64,000 bases of DNA from Candidatus Babeliales bacterium (GTDB lineage: Bacteria; Babelota; Babeliae; Babelales; Vermiphilaceae): assembly GCA_963743635.1 (NCBI GenBank), contig CAVUQO010000003.1, positions 544,001 through 608,000 on the forward strand. Reading direction: 5' to 3'. How positions within the stretch are numbered: position 1 is the stretch's first letter; the number at the start of each line of letters is the position of its first letter. Position numbers and translations under genes: made by a program. A model generated the notes under the pieces. It was not told the DNA's origin. It worked only from the letters and a program-made list of their open reading frames with translations, and did no database searches. Shown here in pieces: positions 42,978-55,328 of this stretch.

Positions 42978-45362
42978 ATGAAACGTACTTATTGTAATAT
43001 CATAGCTATTATAGCTCTATTTGCGGGAACGCAGGTACAGGCAATGGCTGAAAAATCATCAGTGACATCAAGCGATGTAAGAGCGTTGAATAAGATTATA
43101 GAAAAAATTAATAGCGCATCAGCGCCTGTAGAGTCAGAAACAAACCGATCACGGTCGATTGATGCCGCAGTACAAACTGACGCGATCTCAACAAAAACAG
43201 AAATAGGCGAGCCAATACAGAGTGCCACGACTGATGTAAAATCATCAGGGCGGATATTTAAGAATTGGCCTACTCAGTCACGTTCAAGCATTTCATATGC
43301 GAACGCATTGGCAGATATGAGCGATAGCGCTCCTATCGTAAGGCATACTGCAACTTCAAGAAATAGTGATCAAGGTTTAGCTTTTATAGCACACGACAAT
43401 CAGTTAATGGCGATTGGTAAGAATATAGTGCCTATCACTCCAGATCGAGCACCACAAAGCTTTTTAGCAGCAGATAAACCAGAATCATCACTGTTGAATT
43501 TTATGAGTTGGATTACTCGAAAAAAAGAAGTAGTTGAGGTGAGCGTTGCATCCGAGCAAGCAGATCCTGTGCGTGAAGAACAATCATTTGCTTCAAATCC
43601 TTGGACATCATCTTTTGCGATAGGAACTGCATTTGCGGCCGGGTATTTTTTGAGAGAGCCTAAAGTGGATCCCGTTATAAGTCTTTATTTAGGGTCTTTC
43701 TTATTTTTACCGATGAAAACTTTATGGGATGATTATAGAAGTATTAGCAAAAGAGATGGATTTAACAATATTATTGGTGAGGTGCCGGCAGACATTAAAA
43801 GCCTTACTCATATCATCCAGAAAAAATTTGAAGGCAATCCACTTGGCGCAAGTTGCCCTAAAGGTATTTTGTTGGTTGGCCCTCCAGGAACGGGTAAAAC
43901 ATCGCTCATAAGAGCTCTCGCTGAAGAAGTACAGTGTGGATTTATTCCAATAACGGGAGCCGATTTCAATGGTATGTTTGTAGGGAGTGGTGCACTTAAA
44001 GTAAGAGAACTTTTCTTGAGAGCATGGATTCAAGCTTTAATTTGCGGTAAAGCAATTATTTTTATCGATGAAATTGATGGAGTTGGTAAACGTACTGGTA
44101 GTGAAATGCAGTCTCTTTTGGGTACTATGTCTACATTGCTGACACAGATGGATGGCATTGATCAAGATCAAAATAAGTCGGTCATTGTAATTGCTGCAAC
44201 CAATAATTTGGAAAATATTGATCCTGCATTGCTTAGACCAGGGCGTTTTGACAAGATCATTCATGTTGCTCTGCCTAACATTGAAACGCGTAAGCTTCTT
44301 TTTGAACATTATATAAAAACTAAACCACATGATGGTCAGAATATGGATGTACAAAAAATTGCTGAGGCAACACGTAATTACAGTCCTGCTGATATTAAAG
44401 AGCTTACCAATAAAGCGGCCCTGTTGGCCTTGCAAGAGGATCATTCTGCAATAGGCTACACGCATATAAAGAAAGCAATTAGAATAGGTTTGCAAGAAAA
44501 ATTACTCAAAGGTGAAACGAGTGTTCGCCAGCAGATAGATGGACTTGATGTACTATTTGACGACCAAGGTACTACTAAAGGATTTAACCAAATTATTGGT
44601 GGTGTACCTAATGATATTAAAGATATGGCAACCATGATGAAGGGTGATGCTGCTCAATATAAAAAGTTTGGTGTTCCAGTGCCTAAGGGTATTTTGTTAT
44701 ATGGTCCTCCAGGAACGGGGAAAACCCTCCTTGCAAAGGCCGTAGCTGAAGAGATTGGGTGTGAATTTATAGAAACAACCGCTTCAAGCTTTATGACGGA
44801 ATTCATAGGGAGTGGTCCAAAGCGTATTGCTGATATTTTTACACAAGCACGACAAAGGGCAAATGGCGGTAAAGCAATTATATTCATCGATGAGCTTGAT
44901 GCGATTGGATCTCGTCAAAGCGGTATGCAAACCCATCAAGAGGCAAGAAATACTCTGAATGCATTGCTTACGCAAATGGATGGTTTCTTAAAAGATGATT
45001 CAATCATTGTGATTGGTGCAACCAATGATCCGAGTGTGTTAGATGAAGCATTAATGCGTGCAGGAAGATTTGATAAAAAGATTGCAATTGGACTACCCGA
45101 TGCCGCAAAGCGTAAGTTGCTTTTACAACATTATAGTAAGAATCGTCCGGTTAGTGCAGATGTATCATTTGATTCTATAGTACAAGAGCTTGATGGCTGT
45201 AACGCTGCTGATATCAAAGAGTTTATAAATACGGCAGCAACCATTGCTGTGCGTAATAACGCCGAACATATTAATCAAGATGCATTGGACCAGGCAGTTG
45301 AAGAATTCAAGAGACAGAGAAACTCTGGAAATAGGGATTCCCACAGTCACATGTATACATAA
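42978..45362 (+). CDS. Signal-peptide-bearing tandem AAA+ ATPase (FtsH/Cdc48-like modules, no protease domain)
   Basis: GGAGG RBS; two modules each with GPPGTGKT, IFIDE and LxRxGRFD. Confidence 0.88.
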   Translation: MKRTYCNIIAIIALFAGTQVQAMAEKSSVTSSDVRALNKIIEKINSASAPVESETNRSRSIDAAVQTDAISTKTEIGEPIQSATTDVKSSGRIFKNWPTQSRSSISYANALADMSDSAPIVRHTATSRNSDQGLAFIAHDNQLMAIGKNIVPITPDRAPQSFLAADKPESSLLNFMSWITRKKEVVEVSVASEQADPVREEQSFASNPWTSSFAIGTAFAAGYFLREPKVDPVISLYLGSFLFLPMKTLWDDYRSISKRDGFNNIIGEVPADIKSLTHIIQKKFEGNPLGASCPKGILLVGPPGTGKTSLIRALAEEVQCGFIPITGADFNGMFVGSGALKVRELFLRAWIQALICGKAIIFIDEIDGVGKRTGSEMQSLLGTMSTLLTQMDGIDQDQNKSVIVIAATNNLENIDPALLRPGRFDKIIHVALPNIETRKLLFEHYIKTKPHDGQNMDVQKIAEATRNYSPADIKELTNKAALLALQEDHSAIGYTHIKKAIRIGLQEKLLKGETSVRQQIDGLDVLFDDQGTTKGFNQIIGGVPNDIKDMATMMKGDAAQYKKFGVPVPKGILLYGPPGTGKTLLAKAVAEEIGCEFIETTASSFMTEFIGSGPKRIADIFTQARQRANGGKAIIFIDELDAIGSRQSGMQTHQEARNTLNALLTQMDGFLKDDSIIVIGATNDPSVLDEALMRAGRFDKKIAIGLPDAAKRKLLLQHYSKNRPVSADVSFDSIVQELDGCNAADIKEFINTAATIAVRNNAEHINQDALDQAVEEFKRQRNSGNRDSHSHMYT

Positions 45363-45384
45363 ATAATAGTACAAGATCAAAAAC

Positions 45385-45424
45385 AAACGAAGGGCGAGAG
45401 ATAATACCTCTCGCCCTTCGTTTT
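45385..45424. terminator. Right copy of the 34-bp repeat; complete bidirectional terminator
   Basis: aaacgaagggcgagag / ctctcgcccttcgttt. Confidence 0.9.
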
Positions 45425-45440
45425 ATTTTAACGATTTTTA

Positions 45441-47181
45441 CTACCGTAGTAAGCAGGCTTCTAAATCTTCGATGAATGATTTTTCATCGATATCATACAG
45501 TTCTGCGCCCCATCGTTTAACGACGCAGCAGGTTTTTGGATCGACCACGAGAATGGTTGGAAATCCGATCACGTTATATTCTTTATTGCAGCAAACCGGA
45601 TGGTTTTCTTCTGAGCCGTCAACTTTGAGTGGAACGCATTTTGCAAGCGTTTCGAGTACGGCTTCCTCTTTAAAGAGGGTGGCATCGAGTGCATGGCAAA
45701 TGGAGCAGTGTGGCGCCCCGACGTTTATAAATAAATGCTTGTTTTCTTCCTTTGCACGTGTGAGTGCCGTTTCATAATGCTTTTCCCATACGGAACTTTC
45801 TTCGCTAATCGGCGTTGTTACCGATTGATATGCCTTAAAGAAAAGGTGTACTGAGAATGCCAACAGCGCAATGCCCAAGAGATTCTTCGCCATGCGTATG
45901 TTAGGCGAGAAGGTATTTCGCGCAGAATACAGATAATATATGCCACTGCCCGTTACCAAGATAACAATCAGCCAAGAAATGAGCGCGGCCGGTAATAATG
46001 GCTTGAGGAAATAAAGGCAGGTTGCAAGAAGTAGTAAGCCAAAAAAGTGTTTGACCTCAACCATCCACATGCCTGCTTGCGGCAGCAATGAGAGTGAACT
46101 CGAGAAGGTGCCGATCAGTAGCAATGGAATGCTGAGTCCGATACCAAATGAAAAGAGCAAACTGAATCCAAGATACGGATTGCCAACGTGCGCTACATAA
46201 CTTAAGAGCGTCAATAATCCTGGTGATAAGCATGGTGAAGCAACCGTACCGCTTGCAGCGCCAAAAAGAAACGCTGAAAGAAATGAGCCGCCTTTCATGG
46301 AACCAAGATAACCGCCTGATAATGATTTTGGGGTACGCATTTGAAGTACGTCAAACATACAGAGCGCAAGATATAATAAGAGCAACACAATACCAATGAT
46401 CACGAATGGACTATTCATGAGCGCGCCACACTTTTTTGCCTGCAAAAGCGACAGAAAATCCAAGGCTTGCAAACGTGGTTGAAATACCAATGGTGTATGA
46501 AAGTGCTATGAAAAAATTATATATAAATGATTGTTTCGCTTGCCCTTGTAAAATGCCAACGGTAATAGGAATCATCGGGTAAATGCAGGGGGTCAAACTC
46601 ATAAGAAGGCCAAGCACGAGGACTAAGAGTAAACGCAGTGCTAAAGAATCGGTTGTTTCCACGAGGTTAGAAAGGCGTTCGGAGAATGAAAGTGTTTTTT
46701 CTTTTGGCACGGCGGTAGTTTCTACTGAGGTTGGAATATCGGCCTTTGCAAGGGTTTGTGTTTCTGGTGCTGGTGTATCAAATAGTGGTGCAGCGAGTGG
46801 AAACACATCTTCGCACATCTTTTTGTTCTCAGAGGTATAGTATGCGCAATGCAAGTATGCTTCTGAGGGAAATGATCCGCTTTTACTTTTTGCGCGCGCC
46901 GTTATTGAGAAATTTTTCGTAAATACCTGTTTGTTTTCTTTAAATGATTCATCGTATTTCGTGGTGGGCTCATAATTGGGATGCCATGAGACCAGCTCTA
47001 TATCGGGGTGATCGATCGAGAGCTTCAGAGAATCGCCGTAGATAGTGGCATTCGGGTTTAGGGCAAAATCGAGTGTTATCTCACACGTATGATCTTCAGT
47101 GTAGTTGACTGAATAGGTTGGTGTGGCATTGAGATGCATCATGAAAGAGATGGCATATAAAAAAGCGCAATAGTTCTTCAT
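45441..47181 (-). CDS. dsbD: Thiol:disulfide interchange protein DsbD, frameshift near 46430
   Basis: N-terminal Ig-like domain, LTPCIYPMIP, ASPC, GMWM, thioredoxin CSIC and GFPT. Confidence 0.88.
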
Positions 47182-47281
47182 AATTCCTTTACGTGAGGTA
47201 ATAATGGTGAAAATAAAAGAGGTATTAGTATAGCGAACAATTTGAAATAAGTAAGTAAGATACGTGGTTTATGTCAGTAGC

Positions 47282-48232
47282 TTATAACGTTGTATTCAAA
47301 ATTTTAATATTACCATTCTTTGTGTGCACGGTAATAGTCGCTTCGCCAGTACCAAGTGTACCTTCGACTTCTTGTTTGAAACGAGACCATGCATTCGGAT
47401 CAAGTTGCGTAGTCAGCGGTTTAACCGTGAGATAGTGAGCGCAGGTTAATGTTCCTTTTTGAGTATGTGCTTGGAGTTCGGCGTTTGTAGATTCGGGAAT
47501 GCGGAGTATGATGTTGCCACTGCTTGTATTGAGCGATACTTTGCCTGTAGTAGGCACCTGTAAACATTCAATATCGAGCTTACCTTTTTCAGCCTGCGCG
47601 ATGATGCCCTTTTTGGCGTTATGAATGGTAATATTGCCATGCTGTGCAAATGCTTTGACGGTACTATGCGCTTGATGAATCACAATCGAGCCGAGGTTTT
47701 CCGTTTGTGCATAAATACTGCTTTGCGCATTATCGATTTCTATATTGCCGCTTTTGCATGTTTTGGCAATAATCTGACCATTCACTTCTCTGACGATAAT
47801 ATTGCCATCATCAGAAATCAGTTCAAGACGAACATTTTCCGGTACTACGAGCACATAATCCATCGATGCCTTATTATTTTTTGAGGTGCATACGGTTTCT
47901 ATCTTGATGCATGTTTTATCAGATTTTGAATCATCAATAGTTAGGGAATCCAAATATTCCTGCTTTGATGATTTTTTTGTGGCGGTATAGAGGAATGTTT
48001 TTTTCTTCCACTCACTTTTGACGGTGATAGTTCCGCGCAAATTTTTGACGCAGATGGTTTTTCTTCCATTAAGTGGATATTCTTTTTGTATAATCTCCTC
48101 ATGTACGTTGCCCTTAAAGAGACTGTCGAACTTTTGCGAGATTTTTGATTTTGCAGAGCTGATCTGAGGTGCTATCATACATAACACAGCTAAATACCTT
48201 AATGATGTGCGAGAATAAATCATACGTGTCAC
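47282..48232 (-). CDS. DUF4097-like beta-strand repeat protein
   Basis: Repeated ...G(N/S/K)I/L... beta units, signal peptide. Confidence 0.7.
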   Translation of the reverse strand: MTRMIYSRTSLRYLAVLCMIAPQISSAKSKISQKFDSLFKGNVHEEIIQKEYPLNGRKTICVKNLRGTITVKSEWKKKTFLYTATKKSSKQEYLDSLTIDDSKSDKTCIKIETVCTSKNNKASMDYVLVVPENVRLELISDDGNIIVREVNGQIIAKTCKSGNIEIDNAQSSIYAQTENLGSIVIHQAHSTVKAFAQHGNITIHNAKKGIIAQAEKGKLDIECLQVPTTGKVSLNTSSGNIILRIPESTNAELQAHTQKGTLTCAHYLTVKPLTTQLDPNAWSRFKQEVEGTLGTGEATITVHTKNGNIKILNTTL

Positions 48233-48261
48233 CTTTTAAAAATAGAAATAGGGATAATCAG

Positions 48262-49697
48262 ATGAAGTCTACACCAATTATATCCAATCTTCAAAATGGT
48301 ATTGATCATATACTCACAAAATTCCCTGTGATACGGGAAATTGTGCACGCGATTGACGTTCGGCATGGCCGTGCGCTGTTGGTAGGCGGTGCAGTGCGTG
48401 ATATTTTTTTGGAGCGTGAATGTAAAGATATTGATATCGAAGTGCATGGTATTGCGCTTGAAATATTGGAAGAAATTTTAAAAAAGCATGGACCGGTAAG
48501 CATGGTCGGTAAATCATTTGGCGTACTGCGATTGCATTCGCTTGATGTTGATTGGTCATTACCGCGTACTGATAGTGTTGGCAGAAAGCCGGTGGTAGCG
48601 ATCGATCCTAATATGTCTTTCAAGCAGGCATTTGAGCGTAGGGATTTAACCGTGAATGCGATGGGCATCGATATAAAAACGAAAGAATTAATCGATCCCT
48701 TTGGCGGACAATCGGATCTTGAGAAAAAGATATTGCGTGCACCAAATCCAGATACTTTCGTCGAAGATCCGCTTGCGCTTTTATCGCGTGATGCAAATGA
48801 TCGCCCGATTCACACTCTATCCGGATGATATGTTGCAAGCGCTTTGTAGGAGCATGTCCGTTGCTGATGTATCGCGCGAACGCATAGAGCTTGAATTTGA
48901 AAAAATGTTACTTCAATCTGAGTTTCCTTCTCGCGGCATTCGTTGGTTGAAAGAGATCGGCCGTTTGGCTGAAGTATTGCCCGAATTGGCAGCAACGGTT
49001 GGCGTTGAACAGGATCCGCGCTGGCATCCTGAAGGAGATGTGTTTGAGCATTCCATGCAGGCAGCTTGATGCAGCGGCGGCAATTGCGCGCACCTATGAT
49101 GATCGGCATAAGGCTCTCGTTCTTTTATATACGGCACTGTGTCATGATCTGGGCAAAGCTACTACTACTCAAAAAACGCCCAATGGCGTCACCAGTTATA
49201 ATCATGAAGTAGAAGGCGTAGAAATTGCGCGCAGTATGCTCAAACGCATTACTGAAAATCATGATATAACGGCAGCAGTGCTGAAATTGATACGCCATCA
49301 TATGACGCCCGTTGTATTTGTAAAGGAGGGTGCAAAGCCAGCCGCGTATAAACGGCTTGCAAATAAATTAGCCCCAGAAGGCACCATTGCATTACTGGCA
49401 GACCTTGCATACGCGGACATGCGCGGGCGCAATCCATTTGAGCAACGTCCTTTACCTCCTGGGATTTCCGAAATACCTCCTTTAAATACTGAGATTCCTG
49501 AACTTGTAATTTTCCTTGAACGCGCACAAGAAGCATGCGTGCGTGATAAGCAGGAAGAGCCAATTTTAAAAGGGCGCGACCTGCTTGATGTGATCTCTCC
49601 AGGTAAGAAAATGGGCGAATTGCTCGATCGTGCCTATGAGATACAGATTGAGGAAGGTATAACGGATAAAGATGTCCTTAAGAAACGCGTTTTGTAG
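48262..49697 (+). CDS. cca: CCA tRNA nucleotidyltransferase with HD domain, two frameshifts
   Basis: VGGAVRD, DIDIE, RRDLTVNAM, EDP, SRERI, HPEGDV, HDLGK. Confidence 0.92.
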
Positions 49698-49783
49698 TAA
49701 TTATCTCATGTATTTTATTCAATACTTATGATACAATAACCCGATCAAATATTATATCTCACCAAGCAGTGTTAAGGGTTTAT

Positions 49784-52700
49784 ATGAATTATAAGATGTA
49801 CGTGAAAACAATAGTCGGATCTTTTCTGATAACGATGCATGTCATGCATGCGGGACTTGGGGATTCAAATCAGGATATGTTGATGGTAAGAAATCCTCAG
49901 GGGGAATTGGTTGACATATCCCAGGATCCTCATGCGATCGCTTGTCTTTCTGCGAGTTTGATACAAGATGTCCGCGCAAAAAAGGCATTGCTGGCAACAG
50001 TCATCGATGAAAAAAGTGGCGCACCCAAAGATTCTCCGGTACGCCGTGTTGCGCTCAATAATTATGGTGCAATAGAACTGGCTGAAAATAATGTGGATGG
50101 GGCGATACCCTATTTTCAGGAAGCAGCTCAAATGGGTTGTTTAAATGCACAAGAAAATCTTAAACGGATACATCAGTGGAAAGTATCGCAGGGGTTATTG
50201 CCAGTCCTAACGATTGACTCGCAACCATCTTCTGCGGATGCTGCGGTGCCCACCATTATGGTTCACAATGATGCACAAAATGCGGACAGTGAGATCAGAC
50301 AAATGATCGATAGGGCAACAAAAAGAACATTGGCAGCAGTTGTCAGGCCGAAGATAGCAGTGGCGCCAGTTGCAACAAGTCCGTATGTTATGCAGAATGC
50401 TGTTCCAACGGTAGAAATTACGGTGCCAGCAGCAATCACAACTCCAATTTTGCAAGATCAAAAAGCAATTGATGAAACGTCGACTATTAAAACAGTAGAT
50501 TATACAAAGTTTTCCGATAAGCATCTTCGCGATGCTCAAAAGAAGAATGCACAAAAATTGAGATCTACGACCAATGATGCTGAGTTGCGCACTGAGCGTT
50601 CGCTCATTTATACGGCATTGCTTGCAAAGGCAAAAGATACTAGTCAGCGTGTCCCTCTTTTGAAAGAGATGGTGGACTATGGCGATATTGATGCTCATTA
50701 TACGCTTGCTCGCCATTATGGACATAATACTGGTGATACATCGCGTGTACAGAAAAGATGGGAATTATTGAAAACTGCAGCAGACAATAATCATGCAGGT
50801 GCATGTTATGAATTTATAGCCGAAGGTTTTGCATCAAATGATCAAGCTAAAAAGGCAACTGCCGCGACTTATGCCGATCGTTTATTCAAAGATGCGATGC
50901 GTATGGCTCAGATCAAGTTGGATGACGCGCAAAAAGGGACCCTGTATCTCATGTGGGCTCGCTACGCATTGGAAGGACAGGGGGCAAAAAAGGCCGATGA
51001 AAAAGCGGCATGTGAATTATATAAGAAGGCATCTGAATGTGGCAATCATATTGATGCTTACGAGTTTGCGAAGTTGTGCTTTAAATATAACGATTTAGCG
51101 CAAGCGCGAAGGCAGTTTGGGCTTGTACAAGGAAAATATTTGTCACAGGCACTTTGGGCCTCCATGATGTTAGACTTTGCGTCAGGCAAACAAAATGATA
51201 AAAACATCCTCATTCAAGAAATAATGAAACCGTTTCGCGGGGAAGCTTTTTATGGTTCTGGATTAACTGATGCTGATATGGCAGCGTGCGTTGCTCATCC
51301 ATCAGTACTTAAACAGTGGCAAAAATATGCAGATAATGGTGATGCGCGAGCGTGTTTTGTACTTGGTTTGTGTGCAGAAAAAGGATGGGGTAAGACGGAT
51401 GACCAGCCAGATACGCTCTTAGCATATAATTATTATGTGGGCGCAATTGAATCACTATCGATTGATTCAGAGTTAAAAAACGATTGTATTTTTGGTTTGC
51501 GTCGGTTGAGCAGCGATGGTTGTGTGGAAGCAAGCGGGTATATTGAAAAACATTGTTCTACTCAAGAAGAGATCGCCAAGAGAGAATTGGCAGTAGCAGC
51601 AGCTCAAGAAGTAAGAGATTTGTATGCTGCATTGCAGAGCGAGGATGCAGCAGATCTTATGAGTCGTGCTATGCAATGTTCTCCAGCGGCGCTTACAATC
51701 GTTGGAAAAGATCTCAAAAGTGATGATCGCGCACAAGTAGTGCAAATAGCATATTGGGAATACGCAGTTATTATAGTGCACTAGAAAAGTATAGAGCTCC
51801 CCGAGCAATGCAGCAGGGCAAGCAGAAAAAGGTGATTGCTGAGATTAGAGCGGATGCTAAAAATGCGATTTTTTATTTGGAACAAGCGCAAAATTTGGGC
51901 GAATATGGGGTCGAAGGACATTTGAATAAAGTTCGGTATATATACGGCCTGTTGAGTGATGATCGGCACGAAAAAGAATCGTATATTTTAAAAGCGGCAC
52001 AAGGGGGTGACGTGCGGGCGTGCTATATAGCCCATTGTATATGCCCACTGGATCAGGATGTACGAGAAGCATATTTAAAAAAGGCGGTTGATGCTCAGAT
52101 ACCTGGTGCAGAGCTTCTTTCTGTGCAACTCGCGTTGAAGCAAAACGCACCCGATTTGCAGCATATACGTACGATTATTTTACGTATAAAATCAAACCTT
52201 GAGCAAAATTCCCAGTTTTTAGATCAGGATGAAAAGTCAATATTTTACGAGCTCAGTGCCCGGTTGTGTCTGCGGGAAGGCGATAAAGAAGGTTATATTG
52301 TCGGATTGCGTAAAGCATTTGAATTAAAGTGCCCCTATGTAGCAGTTGATCTTGCGAGCGCATGCATAGCGAACAAAAAGTATGCCGAGGCGCGAGAAGT
52401 CTTAAATAAAGTGCCAGCACATGAGCGCGATTATAGATGTCCTGTCATCGAAAGTGCCATGAACTGTGTCGATAATTATAATCAAAAAGCGGTAAGAGAT
52501 AAATTTATTGGGGACTATAACTGCTATTTAAAGCATATGACATTCCAACCTCGGCATGAGCATCTTGTCGATTTTAATAAAGCTTTAGCAGCTATACATG
52601 CCACATGTGCACCACTCAGTAGCAACGATGAGAAATCAAAGCAGATAGAAGCATTAATATGCTATCAAGAGAAAGGAAGAACCAAAGAAGCATATGCTCT

Positions 52701-53988
52701 TGCTTGTGCGAGCGGTCAGTATAGTGTAGAAACAGATATATTGTTTTATGGATGTGAGGGCGTGCCGGCAGATCAGCAGCAAGCATTAGAAAAGCTTATC
52801 CTTGCCATACAGTACGATCCGTGTCAAGCATGTAATGCGGCAGCTCGTGAAAGTTTAAGAAAGAAGTTTGAGGAGAATTTGCGTGATGCAAAGGAGGGTA
52901 AGATACAAGCGTTCAAGCCTACGCCGAAAGCAGCATCAATATTAGAAAAGCTATATGTACTGCTTGATAGTATGAGACCATCGGGTAATCAGGAAGATCA
53001 AAGGATGTTGTCATTGATTCCGCCGTATATGTGTGAGCATTTTTATGCAGCTCAGTCTTCTCAAAAATACCCTGCGAAAATGTTAAATGCGTGGCTTGCA
53101 ATGCTTAAAAGAGATTCAGTCTCAAAAATAAAAAATGAACAAGTGCTCTACTATGAAGCACTCAACGCATTACATGGCAAAAAAAGTGTTTCAGAAATAG
53201 TGAGCTTATTGGAAAAGGCAGCTCAAGCGGGTGAGTCGCGTGCGCAGGTGGACTTGCTGATGATGTATTCAGGGGCCAGAACATTGCATTCAGGGGAAAA
53301 AGTAAAATTAGACTTGGATAAAGCCACGTATTGGGCCAAGCAAATTGCTTCGAATAATGCAGCATCGGATGATGCTAAAGTTGCCATGCATATGTTTATG
53401 GGGCATATGGAAGTGGCTCAGATGCATGAGGCAAGGTGTTCCAATAAGCAACAAGAAAAAAATGATGCATATAAAGCAGCATTGAATCATTATCAAGAGG
53501 CGCTCAAGAAAAATCACTTTTTAGCTATAGCATGTTCCATTAAAACGCATGGTGATGCTGGTTGCAAGGATAAGGCTCTTGAAGTCTACAGACAGTCCCA
53601 TGGTAATGCCATGATCTGGAATAATTGCGTTCATGCATATCCGATTGCGAAAGATGTAGTCAGCATCAATAGTGGGGCTGCAAAGGATGCATGCGTCAGG
53701 CTTTATCACGCATTGAATGTTGAGATACAATCGGGCGAAGATCTGGAGTTACTGGCAGAGACTCTCAAAGATATTCAGCAGTTTTATCAAGGACTATTTG
53801 CAATCATCCGCAATAATCCAGTGCTGTATGGCTTTAATAGCCTGGAAGATGTGATTGCAATTCAGATGCTGACGAGTAATGCAGTGAGCAGAAAAATTGA
53901 TAAAGTTAAGCTCGCACAGATGCAGGCAAAAATGAAAAACCAGCCAGAAGGTTTAAAAAATATGTTTAAAGAAGCCTTCAAGCAATAA
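49784..53988 (+). CDS. Large secreted Sel1/TPR-like repeat protein, probably one gene split near 51750
   Basis: Signal peptide; repeated ..AA.xG..A helical units in both ORFs. Confidence 0.75.
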
Positions 53989-54109
53989 AAACTAACGAGG
54001 CGCTATGGTTGTGGCGGCTAGAGCGTAAGTATTAATATAATTGTTTTCAAAAACATATGGCTTTTGCTACACTGTAGGCATTCTATAATCTATTGTATTA
54101 AAAAAAGGA

Positions 54110-54866
54110 ATGTATATGACATCGGGCATTATGGGCAATTCAATATGGCAGTTGGTTCGCGAATCTGATGCAATGACATGGTTTGTGTTGTTGACCTTAT
54201 TAGTACTTTCTATCATATGTTGGACGGTATTTTTATATAAGTTTTTGGTATTTCGTGTCAAACGGAGGCAGTTAGCCCGTATCACACACAAAATTCGTGA
54301 ACTCAAGAGCACTGAAAACATTATGGCATTATCGTCATCACTGAATGCTGATTTGCCGAGTTATTTTTTGTCGCAGAACGTTTCGTACATAAAATCGTTA
54401 CTTGCAGCGCATGGTAATGGTCAGACGCTTACCACTGATCAATGGGATCTCGTTTCAAATAACATGGATCGTATCCTTGATGATATGATTGGTAATGAAG
54501 AATCATATCTTCCGGTGCTTTCAACAAGCGCTGCAATTTCTCCATTACTTGGCTTGTTTGGTACGGTGTGGGGTTTGATTCACTCATTTATTAGCATCAG
54601 TCAACGTGGATCAGCTGATATCGTGACCGTTGCTCCTGGTATTGCAGAAGCGCTTATTACTACACTTGTTTGGTCTTTTGGTTGCAATTCCAGCGATGAT
54701 GATGTTTAACTATCTTGCAGCTCAAGTGCGTTCGATAGAACATGCATTGGTGCGGCTTGCGGATCAATTTGGTCGTATTGTTCAGCATCACATGGTGCGC
54801 GATGAGGCGCAAGTTTCAAGTGCATATAGTAAGCCATTTGTTGACACGTCTCACCGATCACTGTAG
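54110..54866 (+). CDS. tolQ: TolQ/ExbB proton channel, frameshift near 54665
   Basis: SPLLGLFGTVWG, VAPGIAEALITT, GLLVAIPA. Confidence 0.9.
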
Positions 54867-54905
54867 TTGTGTTATTCAACATATTAAGATGCGATAGGAG
54901 CTCTG

Positions 54906-55328
54906 ATGAGATCACAAAGAGGTCGACGAAAACGTCTTACCGCAATGAACGATGTGTCATTGACGCCGCTCATTGATACGGCGCTTACCTTACTTATTAT
55001 TTTTATGGTAGCAACGCCGATGATGCGCAATTCAATTCGAGTTACCCTTCCTCAAGGCCAAGCGCAAGAAGACAACTCAAAACAACAAGATTTTATCGTG
55101 CAAATTAGTGACACCAAAGAGCTCCAATTTAATGGAACTCCAGTGAAAGATCTTAATCAATTGATTGCGCAACTCAAAAAAACAATTGGTACTCAACAAG
55201 ATCGTGTTGTGCATGTGTATGGGGCAAAGAATGTTGACTATGGCTTTGTTATTGAGCTTGTTGACAGTTTAAAAAGTGTAGGGGGAATTCGACATGTGGC
55301 CTTGGCAACGCAACGGCGAGCAGCCTAG
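54906..55328 (+). CDS. tolR: TolR/ExbD
   Basis: SLTPLIDTALTLLIIFMV. Confidence 0.9.
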   Translation: MRSQRGRRKRLTAMNDVSLTPLIDTALTLLIIFMVATPMMRNSIRVTLPQGQAQEDNSKQQDFIVQISDTKELQFNGTPVKDLNQLIAQLKKTIGTQQDRVVHVYGAKNVDYGFVIELVDSLKSVGGIRHVALATQRRAA

